Notes under the pieces: generated by a model
Databases searched by the model: none
Told to the model about the DNA's origin: nothing
What the model saw: only the letters and a program-made list of their open reading frames with translations
Part shown: positions 1 through 10,341 of the stretch, piece by piece
How positions within the stretch are numbered: position 1 is the stretch's first letter
How the letters are laid out: each line of letters starts with the position of its first letter
Translations under genes and position numbers: made by a program
IMG/VR virus record: IMGVR_UViG_3300042914_002167
From: a virus
Reading direction: 5' to 3' (one strand)
DNA length: 64,000 nucleotides

Positions 1-1
1 T

Positions 2-3000
2 GTGAGTGGAAGCCCAGGCACAGTAAACGCAACATATAGAATCTATCTTTTCGATATCGTAATGAATTCTGGCAAATACTTCAGCGATGTCAGAGCACTA
101 TATGATGCAGGTACTATTCAAAGAATTGCAGATACTGTGCTTGACTCATCTGGTAGGGCAATTCTTCAAGAATCTACATACTCTGTTGGGCTATTTGAGT
201 TTCCATATGAAGCAGTCAAAACAATTCGTGACTCTAATGGCAACATCGTAAGTGGCTACACATTCAAAAAAGAGTTTCAAGTAACATTTACTAATGGAGT
301 TGCTACTGTAAGTTCTGGCGATAACTCTGAAAACTTTGTTGGTTCTGGTGTCCTTTCTTCATCACAAAAGAACATCAACTACACTGTAGTTGTAAACAAT
401 AGCAACACTAACGTAGAAACAACATCGTTGACTGGTACAGTGACCGCTGCAAATAATTCTACATCCGTAACGGGCGCTGGAACAAATTTCATCTCACAAT
501 TCAACGTGGGTGACTACATCAAAGCCTCTGGTCAAACAAGACGAATCTCTACAATCACTAGTGCTACGGCATTGGTTGTTGAAACAGCATTTTCTCCTGC
601 TGTAACCACAGCGGCAATGACAAAAGTTATTCCAGCTGGAGCATATGTTGACTTGTCTGGCAATGGTGGCTCTGCACTCAGTAGAGTTGTCACAGTGTCT
701 TCACCGAGCACAATTCAAATTGACATCAAAGAACCGGCAACATTCACTGCCAGTTTGATTGCGACGATGAACAAGACTTCTGCAAGAGAGATGCAGAAAC
801 TTCTTCAGCCGAATCAGCAAGTCTTCATTCAAGCTAACACTCATCCAAGTGGTTTGAGTGGTCCTTACTCTCTGGGTAAGTCTGATGTGTATAAGATTCG
901 TGGCATTTATCAGGCTGCAAACTTTGTTAGTGTGCCAACAACAGCAAACACTGATGTCACTGCTAACTACATTTTTGACAACGGGCAAAGAGATTCAACA
1001 TATGAACACGGAAGAATCACTCCAAAAGTTGGCATAGTTCCAACAGGAAGACTTCTTGTCGTTTTTGACTTCTTCAGGCACGACACAACGCAAGGTGTTG
1101 GATATATGTCTGTTGATTCATATCCAGTTGACGATGTTGGCACAAGCAACACTACAATAGATACCGCTGAGATTCCATCATATGTCAGTTCATCTACAGG
1201 TACGAAATATGAACTTAGAAATTCTATTGACTTGCGCATTAGAAAACTTGATGATAACGCAAACACAATCAATCCAGTAGATCCTGGCACATATCAGATT
1301 CCTATTGGTGGATTGCACAACACGAAACCAAGTTCAGATTTTGATTCTGATGTCATCATATACAAGGGAAGAATTTCTAGACTGTTCTTGAACGAAAATG
1401 GTGAGTTTGGTATTGTTGATGGTAGCCCAGGCTATCCTAAACCACAAGTTCCGCCTTCTGTACCAGGAACACTGGACCTAGCAATCATCAATGTGCATCC
1501 GTATCCTTCTTCTCCTGTTGATATTGTCATTGAACCACAGAAGAATCGTAGATACACAATGAAAGATATTGGTAAAATTGAAGATCGGATCAATAGACTT
1601 GAGTACTACACATCGTTGAATCTTCTAGAGAAGCAAGCAGCAGATTTGTCTATTCTTGATGAGAATGGTCTTGATAGATTCAAGAATGGTCTTCTTGTTG
1701 ATTCATTTACAGGATACAACATAGCCGATGTAAACAATGAATATCTGAAGGTGTCTATAGACACTAAGGAAAAATATGTAACAGCACAAGCGTCTGTCGG
1801 TGAAATTCCATTGAAGTATACAACAACAGGATCTTCTGGAGTGACAAGAACACCCGGAAATAAACTCATGTTGAACTACACACATGAAGTGTTCTCAGAG
1901 AATCCATATGCTTCATCTGCATTGAATCTATCTCAAGAATTGACATATGACTGGACTGGAGTCATGTCAATTCTTCCATCTACAGATAACTGGGTGGATA
2001 CCACAAACAATCCTTTGAAGAATCTAGTTGTCGTTGATCTTGAGGGTAACGCAGACAATTGGAGAACAATCGCCAATGCGTGGGACACAGAACTAAACTC
2101 ATGGGAATCTAGATGGGTTGGAACATCAGTTCAGCAAGAAGTTGGCAGCACAAAATCAACCGTCGCTAGAGTTGTTCAGCAAACTCAGTTGGGCGAGTTG
2201 ATCGGTTCTAACATTACAGTTGGAACAACAGAATCACAAACACCAGCTAGAGTTGTAGATGTTTCAGTCAATCACTTCATGAGAAGCAGAGACTTCATCT
2301 TTGATGTAAGTGGAGTAAAATCCAATTCTAGACTCTATGCTTTCTTTGATGGAATAGATGTAACTGCAAATTGTACTCAAATCACGATCAACAGTGGATA
2401 TACAACTCGCGATGTGTTTGATCTTCTAGATGCAAATGGAACAGTTTCATCAAACACTACAGTTTACACAGTAAAATCTACTGGAACGATGTTCGCTGAT
2501 GGTGAAGGTAAACTTGTTGGAATCTTTACTCTTCCTGCGCAAAAGTTTAGTGTGGGTCAGAGAGAATTCAAGTTGATTGATGATGCTCAGAATAGAGACT
2601 CAGTGGCAACAACAAGCACAAAGAACTCAATTGTTGCTCAGGGTCTTTCTGTGATTTCTGCGTCTAATCATGTTAACACAAGACCAATCAATGTGAATTT
2701 TACATCTGCACTTGAAAAGAGCAACATCAGTCGCCAGATCAAAAGCCCAACAAACACATTTGTTCGTGATCCGTTGTCACAGAGTTTCTTTATTGACGAA
2801 GTGAACTATGCTTATGGCGTATTTGTGTCTAAGATTGATGTATACTTCAAGACAAAATCGGCAAATAGCTCTACGAAAGTATACATGCAGATTCGCGAGA
2901 TGGAGAATGGATTCCCCACTCGCAAAGCAATTGGCGACTCTACAACATTTGTCCGATCAGGAAACATCGCAGTCAGCGCAGATGGAACTACAGCAACAAC

Positions 3001-4471
3001 ATTCACATTTGATAGCCCAATCTATCTATTGCCGGGAATTGACTACTGCTTCTCTCTAATTCCGGAGGGCAATGTCGATGACTTTGAAATTTGGACTGCT
3101 GAATTGGGTGCACTTGATGTGTCTAGTGGAGATTTGCAGAAGAGAATAGAGAAACAACCAGCAGCCGGTATTCTATTCACATCTTCAAATGACTTCTCTT
3201 GGTCTGTCCGTCAAAATCAAGATTTGAAGTATAAGATTTATGTAGCCAAGTTCGCTCCAAGTGCATCTGGTGTTGTTGTTCTTGAGAACAAACCTATTGC
3301 ATCTAGCAGAACATACTCATCGTTTGTTCCAAACATTGCTGCGTTGACTCCAGATAAGACTGGTGTAGTGTTCAATGCAAGAGTTTCTGACTCATCTGGT
3401 CTATTGACAAACTATTTCAATGTCAACAACATTGAAAAGGTAAACTTGCCCAATAGAAAGAGTCTTCTGACATCTGCGCAAGAAGTTTCAGCCGGTGTCA
3501 AATCCATGAATGTTCGCGGAACAATGAGCACGCAGAATGAGTATATCACTCCTTTTATTGATTTGGAGAGACTCCAATCTGTGACTCTTGACTATTCTAT
3601 AAACAACACAACATCTTTAACTTTAGATGGAACTGCAACTGTCACTGCGGGATCAAACACTGTTGTCGGATCTAGCACACTGTTTACATCCCAAGTTCTT
3701 GCTGGCGAATACATCTCGTTTGGAGGAGTTTATCGGCAAGTGACAGCCGTGACAAATAACACAAGTTTGATTGTGGGAACTGCATTCTCAGCAAATGCTT
3801 CTGCTGTTTTGATAACCGCAGATAACGAAGAAAATCCTAAGGGACCGTATGTATCTGGAGCAAGATACATCAGTCGCCGAGTTGAATTGGCTGATGGATT
3901 TGAAGCAAATGACTTGACTGTTTATCTAGATGTAAATAGACCAGCCGGAACTGCTATCAAAGTCTACTATAAAGTTCTTCATGAAACTGATAGTGATTCA
4001 TTTGATGACAAGTTCTATAGAGAGATGTCACTTGATGGCAGCGCAACATTCACTTCAGATTCATCAGCATACACTGAAGAGAAGTATGTGGTGCCAACAT
4101 CTGTAAAGAGTGGCGGCACCCTTCTGTTGAACGGAACTGTGGCTGTCAGCAATGTGTCAACTACAGTAACTGGTACATCAACACGATTCCTTGAAGAGTT
4201 GAAAATTGGCGACACAATCACTGTTGGCACAACATCAAAAATAGTTTCTACAGTTGCAAACAATATTTCCATGACTGTTGACAGTGCATTCAGCACAGTT
4301 GCATCAGATCAATTTGCATTCAAGCAATTGAATAATTCGTTGACATACACAACTCCAGACGGGCGTGTATATTCTGGTTATAAATACTTCGCCATCAAGA
4401 TTGTATTCTTGTCAGATAATAATGCAATTGCACCAAGAGTGAAGAGACTTCGCACAATTTCGTTGACATAA
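2..4471 (+). CDS. Large baseplate/tail structural protein (DUF4815/VrlC-like), 5'-truncated
   Basis: Open from window edge; RRYTMKDIGKIEDRINRLEYYTSLNLLE...DRFKNGLLVDSF and C-terminal FAIKIVFLS..PRVKRLR resemble large structural proteins of T4-like phages; precedes tail-fibre genes. Confidence 0.7.
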   Translation: MSGSPGTVNATYRIYLFDIVMNSGKYFSDVRALYDAGTIQRIADTVLDSSGRAILQESTYSVGLFEFPYEAVKTIRDSNGNIVSGYTFKKEFQVTFTNGVATVSSGDNSENFVGSGVLSSSQKNINYTVVVNNSNTNVETTSLTGTVTAANNSTSVTGAGTNFISQFNVGDYIKASGQTRRISTITSATALVVETAFSPAVTTAAMTKVIPAGAYVDLSGNGGSALSRVVTVSSPSTIQIDIKEPATFTASLIATMNKTSAREMQKLLQPNQQVFIQANTHPSGLSGPYSLGKSDVYKIRGIYQAANFVSVPTTANTDVTANYIFDNGQRDSTYEHGRITPKVGIVPTGRLLVVFDFFRHDTTQGVGYMSVDSYPVDDVGTSNTTIDTAEIPSYVSSSTGTKYELRNSIDLRIRKLDDNANTINPVDPGTYQIPIGGLHNTKPSSDFDSDVIIYKGRISRLFLNENGEFGIVDGSPGYPKPQVPPSVPGTLDLAIINVHPYPSSPVDIVIEPQKNRRYTMKDIGKIEDRINRLEYYTSLNLLEKQAADLSILDENGLDRFKNGLLVDSFTGYNIADVNNEYLKVSIDTKEKYVTAQASVGEIPLKYTTTGSSGVTRTPGNKLMLNYTHEVFSENPYASSALNLSQELTYDWTGVMSILPSTDNWVDTTNNPLKNLVVVDLEGNADNWRTIANAWDTELNSWESRWVGTSVQQEVGSTKSTVARVVQQTQLGELIGSNITVGTTESQTPARVVDVSVNHFMRSRDFIFDVSGVKSNSRLYAFFDGIDVTANCTQITINSGYTTRDVFDLLDANGTVSSNTTVYTVKSTGTMFADGEGKLVGIFTLPAQKFSVGQREFKLIDDAQNRDSVATTSTKNSIVAQGLSVISASNHVNTRPINVNFTSALEKSNISRQIKSPTNTFVRDPLSQSFFIDEVNYAYGVFVSKIDVYFKTKSANSSTKVYMQIREMENGFPTRKAIGDSTTFVRSGNIAVSADGTTATTFTFDSPIYLLPGIDYCFSLIPEGNVDDFEIWTAELGALDVSSGDLQKRIEKQPAAGILFTSSNDFSWSVRQNQDLKYKIYVAKFAPSASGVVVLENKPIASSRTYSSFVPNIAALTPDKTGVVFNARVSDSSGLLTNYFNVNNIEKVNLPNRKSLLTSAQEVSAGVKSMNVRGTMSTQNEYITPFIDLERLQSVTLDYSINNTTSLTLDGTATVTAGSNTVVGSSTLFTSQVLAGEYISFGGVYRQVTAVTNNTSLIVGTAFSANASAVLITADNEENPKGPYVSGARYISRRVELADGFEANDLTVYLDVNRPAGTAIKVYYKVLHETDSDSFDDKFYREMSLDGSATFTSDSSAYTEEKYVVPTSVKSGGTLLLNGTVAVSNVSTTVTGTSTRFLEELKIGDTITVGTTSKIVSTVANNISMTVDSAFSTVASDQFAFKQLNNSLTYTTPDGRVYSGYKYFAIKIVFLSDNNAIAPRVKRLRTISLT

Positions 4472-4740
4472 TGATGCCGACACCGATGATGAATAATAAA
4501 GAAATAATAAAACTGAAAGAAGTGCATAATGGATTCTCTGAACGGGATATTCACTCTAAGGCAATTTTGAGTAGAGATAATGATTCTCTTTTGAAGTATA
4601 AGATACAGAAGAATAGAATGAATTCTATTTCTTCAAGTGCAAAAGAAATGGAATCACTGAAGTCAGAATTCATTTCTATCAAAGAAGAATTAAATGAAAT
4701 AAGAAACTTACTTCTAAGAATTACAGCAGGTAAACAATAA
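4471..4740 (+). CDS. Small coiled-coil hypothetical protein
   Basis: 89 aa, overlaps both neighbours by 1 nt; usual position after the DUF4815-like gene. Confidence 0.65.
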   Translation: MMPTPMMNNKEIIKLKEVHNGFSERDIHSKAILSRDNDSLLKYKIQKNRMNSISSSAKEMESLKSEFISIKEELNEIRNLLLRITAGKQ

Positions 4741-6359
4741 TGCCAATTCAAACAGTTGCCATTTCAAACACATTTAATGAACTGCGTGTCGCTACGAATT
4801 CTGTTATTGGTGAAGTCAATAATCTAAGTAATGGCGTCGGTAATATCGTTATTGATAGTATTACCGCAAACACATATGTTGGAGTTTCTTCTAATCTCAA
4901 CATTTCTGGAAATACAGGCTCTGATGTAGTGAGTTTGACATCCGAAACTCTTAGAGTTGTTGGTACAAATGGCATCACAACAAATGTAAATTCTAGTTCA
5001 AATACAATAAGTGTTAATCTAGGATCAAGTCTATCACTCAGTACTCTAGCACTTACAGGCGCCACTCCAAATACTTTTGATATAACAGGAGGCATTAGAC
5101 TCAATGGCACAACAACAGGATATGTTGGTCTTCAAGTAGCGACATCTGGAACAAATCAAACATATACACTTCCTGCTTCTGACGGGCTGAGCGGTCAAGT
5201 TCTACAGACAAACGGAGTCGGATCTCTTTCATGGGTGAATCAATCTGCCGGTGGTGGTGGAGGTGGTGGAGGAAGTGGAACATCCACATCAAGAACCGCA
5301 TTCACTGCAACCGGTGGGCAGACAACGTTCAGTCTGACTTATACAGTTGGGCAGATTGATGTCTACATGAACGGTTCTAAGTTGGTAGCTAATAATGACT
5401 TCACTGCGACAAATGGAACTTCTATTGTTCTTGCAACAGGCGCAGTCGCTGGCGATGTCATTGATGCTGTCACTTATTCAAGTCAATGGATTTCTTCTGG
5501 ATCAAATCTTTACTACGCAGACGGAAACATCGGTGTAGGAACAACAAATCCATCGGCGAGAATTCATGCTGCTAGCGCAAACACTGCGTTTGCTGTAGGA
5601 ACAATTAGACTTGACGGCGCAAACGCCACAGGCGTAATTGATGCACCCACAACAATCAATGCAGTTACGGGAGGTGGCGCAGGCAACGGCGGAAGCCAGT
5701 TGTACTTCCAAACACGCGAAGAGAACGGCTCATTGACTGAGAGACTCCGTATCAATCAGTTGGGTAGAGTTGGTATTGGTACAGTCACACCCAACACAGA
5801 ACTTGATGTAATTGGCACAGTCACTGCTACAACATTCTCTGGTTCTGGTGCATCTCTAACTTCAATAAATGCTTCAAATGTTTCTTCTGGAACTTTAGAT
5901 AACGCTAGAACAACAGCAGCATCAGCCAATGGTGCATCAACGATTGTAACTAGAGATGCAGCAGGTAACTTTGTTGCAAATACAATTTCTTTGACAAACT
6001 TTGCAGTTGGTGTTGCGAGCCCAGCAGCAAACACAAAAGTGGATATTTTAGGTTCTCAAGCGGGCAACATCGTAGCAGTTGCTGCTCTAAACATTGATTG
6101 CTCAACTGGCAACTTCTTCACTAAAACAATCGCAGCAGACAGCACATTCACATTCAGTAATGTTCCTGCATCTAGAGCATATGGTTTCACACTTGAACTC
6201 ACTCACACTAGCGGCAATGTGACATGGCCAGGCACGGTGAGATGGCCAGCAAACACTGCGCCAACACTGACAACAAGCAAAACTCATTTGTTTATGTTTG
6301 TCACAGATGATAGCGGATCAAGATGGCGCGGCTCTTCTCTTCTGAATTATGATAACTGA
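4740..6359 (+). CDS. Tail fibre protein
   Basis: G/S/T-rich; GNIGVGTTNP and GRVGIGTVTP fibre repeats; FTATGGQTTF motif; poly-Gly hinge. Confidence 0.8.
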   Translation: MPIQTVAISNTFNELRVATNSVIGEVNNLSNGVGNIVIDSITANTYVGVSSNLNISGNTGSDVVSLTSETLRVVGTNGITTNVNSSSNTISVNLGSSLSLSTLALTGATPNTFDITGGIRLNGTTTGYVGLQVATSGTNQTYTLPASDGLSGQVLQTNGVGSLSWVNQSAGGGGGGGGSGTSTSRTAFTATGGQTTFSLTYTVGQIDVYMNGSKLVANNDFTATNGTSIVLATGAVAGDVIDAVTYSSQWISSGSNLYYADGNIGVGTTNPSARIHAASANTAFAVGTIRLDGANATGVIDAPTTINAVTGGGAGNGGSQLYFQTREENGSLTERLRINQLGRVGIGTVTPNTELDVIGTVTATTFSGSGASLTSINASNVSSGTLDNARTTAASANGASTIVTRDAAGNFVANTISLTNFAVGVASPAANTKVDILGSQAGNIVAVAALNIDCSTGNFFTKTIAADSTFTFSNVPASRAYGFTLELTHTSGNVTWPGTVRWPANTAPTLTTSKTHLFMFVTDDSGSRWRGSSLLNYDN

Positions 6360-6374
6360 TCGGGAGCAATAATA

Positions 6375-8342
6375 ATGGATCGTTTGACACGAATGTTATC
6401 TCAGGCGGCAGGTGGCGCCGCAGAATCTACTTATGTTGAGGACGTTTTCTCAACGTACCTCTACACCGGCAACGGCTCTACGCAAACCATCACCAACGGG
6501 ATTGATCTGGCGGGTAAGGGTGGGTTGGTATGGATCAAGTCTCGCTCGTCGGCTCCACAAGACGGCAGGCATCAAATATTTGATACAGCCAGAGGCATTG
6601 AATATAGGTTGTTTACAGATCAAACAGCCGCGCAAAACGGGCCGTGGGAAACCACATTAGTTCACAACCTTTCAAGCACAGGTTTCAATGTCGGCCTCGG
6701 GGGTTCGATTAACTACACGGGCGAAAACTTTGTCTCATGGACCTTCCGCAAGCAGCCCAAGTTCTTTGATGTGATGACGTATACGGGGAACGGTAATTCC
6801 ACTCAGACCATCAGCCATAATCTCGGCTCTACTCCCGGTTGCATAATTATTAAAGCAACTGTTACTGACAGCGGGCAATCAAACGGAAACTGGGTTGTTT
6901 TTCACAGATCAACACCTGATAACTTTTTGATGCTCAATCGTACCGATATGCAGACTGCCCAAACGGGGGCCACGACAGGTACGAGCACGACCTTTAATGC
7001 AATCAATGGTGTTTGTAACGGTAACGGAATCACCTACGTTGCCTACCTCTTCGCCCACGATGCAGGCGGCTTCGGCGTGTCTGGATCGGACAATGTGATT
7101 AGTTGTGGGTCAGTGACGACTAATGGCAGCGGTGTTGGTTCTGTCAATCTTGGGTGGGAACCTCAATGGGTCTTGGTAAAGGTTACAAACACTACAAACG
7201 ATTGGCGCATTATTGACAATATGCGAGGTTTTGCCGCTACATATATAGCAAACGGCAGTAACCAATTGCGGGCCAACACCACAGGTGCTGAGTCAGACGC
7301 TTCGTATTTCTGCAACTCAACAGGTTTTACCTTTGACGCTGGCGTATCTCAACCATTCATCTACATCGCCATCCGACGCGGCCCGATGAGGACTCCGACG
7401 ACGGGGACGAGTGTTTACGATGCTTCGCTTTATACCGGAAACAACACAACAAGGGTAATTACGGCTCCATTTGTAACTGACTTGGCTGTTGTAAAAAGCC
7501 GAAGTGGTAGCGCCGCTGGGGCAACGTGGGCAGACCGTCTTCGTGGGAGACCCGCGCTTGATTCCAGCAGCACTGGCGCAGAAGTTTCAGCAGATTCGTT
7601 GTTTCCGGCTAACCCTTGGGATTTGCAAGGTGGCGTGCGAATTGGCAACGGAGCTAACGCCACCAACAATGGCAATGGCCCCTCGACCTATGTTGACTGG
7701 AACTTCCGCCGCGCCCCCGGCTTCTTTGATGTGGTGTGCTATACGGGGAATGGTTCGACTCAGACGATAAACCACAATCTTACTGTTAAGCCTGAACTTA
7801 TCATAATAAAGGTACGTAGCCGTAGTGTTACCGGGTGGAGAGTAACGTATTCCATGGGGGCAACAACCTATAATCAAGCATTACTAGAATCCACAGGTTC
7901 CGGATCGTCTTCTAGTTATGGTAGCGGTAGTAACCTAAATGCTGAACCCACTGCATCTGTTTTCTCGGTTGGTAATGTGGGTGAAGTGAATTTTTCAGCG
8001 GCAACATTCGTCGCCTATCTCTTCGCCACTGTCGCAGGCGTCAGCAAGGTGGGCAGCTACACCGGCAACGGCAGCAACCAGACCATCAACTGCGGATTCA
8101 CCACGGGTGCTCGTTTCGTACTCATCAAACGCACGGACAGCACGGGCGACTGGTACGTTTGGGACACGGCCAGAGGCATCGTGTCGGCCAACGACCCGCA
8201 TCTGAGCCTCAACAGCACAGCAGCCGAGGTCACCACCAACGACAGCATTGACCCCGACAACAGCGGGTTCATCGTCAATCAAGTATCGGCTACGAACGTT
8301 AATGTGACAAGCGCGACATACATCTACCTAGCAATAGCGTAA
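6375..8342 (+). CDS. Tail-fibre-associated adhesin / receptor-binding protein with repeated YTGNG modules
   Basis: Repeated (Y)TGNGSTQTI..PxxxxIK..W modules; fibre operon context; patchy high GC. Confidence 0.7.
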   Translation: MDRLTRMLSQAAGGAAESTYVEDVFSTYLYTGNGSTQTITNGIDLAGKGGLVWIKSRSSAPQDGRHQIFDTARGIEYRLFTDQTAAQNGPWETTLVHNLSSTGFNVGLGGSINYTGENFVSWTFRKQPKFFDVMTYTGNGNSTQTISHNLGSTPGCIIIKATVTDSGQSNGNWVVFHRSTPDNFLMLNRTDMQTAQTGATTGTSTTFNAINGVCNGNGITYVAYLFAHDAGGFGVSGSDNVISCGSVTTNGSGVGSVNLGWEPQWVLVKVTNTTNDWRIIDNMRGFAATYIANGSNQLRANTTGAESDASYFCNSTGFTFDAGVSQPFIYIAIRRGPMRTPTTGTSVYDASLYTGNNTTRVITAPFVTDLAVVKSRSGSAAGATWADRLRGRPALDSSSTGAEVSADSLFPANPWDLQGGVRIGNGANATNNGNGPSTYVDWNFRRAPGFFDVVCYTGNGSTQTINHNLTVKPELIIIKVRSRSVTGWRVTYSMGATTYNQALLESTGSGSSSSYGSGSNLNAEPTASVFSVGNVGEVNFSAATFVAYLFATVAGVSKVGSYTGNGSNQTINCGFTTGARFVLIKRTDSTGDWYVWDTARGIVSANDPHLSLNSTAAEVTTNDSIDPDNSGFIVNQVSATNVNVTSATYIYLAIA

Positions 8343-8351
8343 GGGAAAATC

Positions 8352-8945
8352 ATGTATATCAATACAGAAACAAATCAATATCCACTTTCCGCGTCTGATA
8401 TTAGATCGGAAAATCCAAACACAAGTTTTCCTTCTCCTTTTGTTCCTTCATCTAAATATCAGTGGGTGTTTCCTACACCACAACCAACTTTTGATCCAGT
8501 GATTGAAGTTGCGATTGAAACAACACCCCAGTTCACATCAAAAGGAGTCTGGGAGCAAAGATGGGAAGTTGCGCCAAAGTTCACTGAGTACACCGACGAT
8601 GATGGCGTGACATACACTGTAGCAGAACAAGAAGCAGCCGCTATTGCAGCAGACACATCAGCCAAACTTGAAGCACTCCAGAGAACCATTGTAGAAAGAA
8701 CTCAAGCAAGACTTGATGCATTTGCTCTGACAAGAAACTACTCTAGCATTCTCTCTGCGACTACATACGTTGATAGTGCAATAACTAAGTTTGCCATAGA
8801 AGGCGCATACGCAAAGCAAACTAGAGATTCTACATGGGCTACACTCTATGAAATTCTAGCAGAAGTTCAAGCTGGAACAAGACCAGTTCCTAACTCATAT
8901 GAAGAGATTGAGCCAGAATTGCCAGTTCTTCAATGGCAGAATTGA
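8352..8945 (+). CDS. Tail fibre assembly chaperone-like protein
   Basis: Follows adhesin; NPNTSFP N-terminus and RLDAFALTRNY..ELPVLQW C-terminus typical of fibre chaperones. Confidence 0.6.
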   Translation: MYINTETNQYPLSASDIRSENPNTSFPSPFVPSSKYQWVFPTPQPTFDPVIEVAIETTPQFTSKGVWEQRWEVAPKFTEYTDDDGVTYTVAEQEAAAIAADTSAKLEALQRTIVERTQARLDAFALTRNYSSILSATTYVDSAITKFAIEGAYAKQTRDSTWATLYEILAEVQAGTRPVPNSYEEIEPELPVLQWQN

Positions 8946-8980
8946 TAAATAGAAAAAGAACAACAAGAGGAATACCCTAA

Positions 8981-9388
8981 ATGACAATTGCAAGAGACTT
9001 AGCAAACGTTGCATCGTTGATGGCGTCATCAAGTGCCAATGTTGTCTTTGATAACACTGTCATTTTGAGTGGCGGTGTTTCTAATGGTGTTATTTTTCTC
9101 GACGACTCAAAAACTGCAAGAACGACATCATCTTTCGTTTATGATTCTGCAAATACCAGAATAGGTATCAACACATCTACACCTAGAGCATCAATTGATA
9201 TAAATACGACAGATGGTATGATTCCTCCTTCTGGAACAACGGCACAAAGACCCAATGTTCCTATTGAAGGATTACTCAGATGGAACACAGAAACTAAGAC
9301 AACAGAACAATATACAGGTACAAAATGGACACCTATTGCGGGTGTTGATAAAAATGCAATATCATTCTTCTTTGCGTCTAGTTTTTAA
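8981..9388 (+). CDS. Short fibre-like virion protein
   Basis: RIGINTSTP and PSGTTAQRP..GLLRWNTE motifs; GATAAATA late-promoter variant at 8944-8951. Confidence 0.65.
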   Translation: MTIARDLANVASLMASSSANVVFDNTVILSGGVSNGVIFLDDSKTARTTSSFVYDSANTRIGINTSTPRASIDINTTDGMIPPSGTTAQRPNVPIEGLLRWNTETKTTEQYTGTKWTPIAGVDKNAISFFFASSF

Positions 9389-9407
9389 TAAAGAATAGGA
9401 AAAAACA

Positions 9408-9731
9408 ATGCCTTCTGGAAGATTAGCAAAATCAAATCCTGCAGCGGAAACAATTACCACCGTTTACACTTCACCCGCGAATACATATGTTGTTTGTACC
9501 GCTGCGATGCTAAATTATGGCGATTCAACAACAACATTCAGGTTGTCTATACTAGAAAGTGCTAATAGTACACCTTCAGTATCAGACTTCATAGAGTATG
9601 ACACCGTTATTACATCAAAAAATGTCATAGAACGATCTGGTATTGTAATTGGCAATGGGCAAAAAATAGCCGTGTCGTCACCAACATCATCATTGATTGT
9701 CAATGTGTTTGGAATTGAAACTACACAATAA
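9408..9731 (+). CDS. Small beta-rich virion protein
   Basis: 107 aa with SD; YTSPANT..DFIEYD..ERSGIVI pattern seen in T4-like fibre operons. Confidence 0.6.
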   Translation: MPSGRLAKSNPAAETITTVYTSPANTYVVCTAAMLNYGDSTTTFRLSILESANSTPSVSDFIEYDTVITSKNVIERSGIVIGNGQKIAVSSPTSSLIVNVFGIETTQ

Positions 9732-9755
9732 AGAATTCAATAGGAGATAAAGAAC

Positions 9756-10340
9756 ATGGAAACAATTTTAGTTTACGAAAAAAATACAGGAATTATTCAA
9801 GGTGCTGTTGGTTTGCCGTCACTTGATTATTTTCACAAAAGTAGAATGAAGCCTGTTATGAATACTGTAAATCTATTAGATAATAATGGCGTTGCGGTTG
9901 GCACGGCTGAAGTTCCATTGATTGATCCTGAGTTCGGTCAAGTATTTATTGATGATCCATTACCAGAGCATCTTGGAATCATATATGTTTCTACTAAATC
10001 TGAGAGTGATCTTCTCTCTGAAGAGATTGAAGATTTTACTTTTTCAGAAAAAAATATTGAAGTGCTCAATTCTAATAATAGCATAACAATTACAGTCGCA
10101 AAAACTACACCAAAACTTAGAATTTTGAGAAAAATAAATGATGAAGGAAAAGTTGAATTGCAACCTGTAATGCGTAAAAGAATTCTATCCGAACATACAA
10201 ATGACGCAATTGCAGATTTGTCACTAGGCGATTATGTAATTGACGACACCGATTTTTCCGCATTTTATACTGAAATTTCTAATAAATATAAGATTGAAGT
10301 TAGTCAATCTGGTAAAAAAACTTTAGTTCTAAGAGGATAA
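9756..10340 (+). CDS. Hypothetical protein
   Basis: AGGAG SD; stop is 1 nt before the Cys-rich gene. Confidence 0.65.
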   Translation: METILVYEKNTGIIQGAVGLPSLDYFHKSRMKPVMNTVNLLDNNGVAVGTAEVPLIDPEFGQVFIDDPLPEHLGIIYVSTKSESDLLSEEIEDFTFSEKNIEVLNSNNSITITVAKTTPKLRILRKINDEGKVELQPVMRKRILSEHTNDAIADLSLGDYVIDDTDFSAFYTEISNKYKIEVSQSGKKTLVLRG

Positions 10341-10341
10341 T

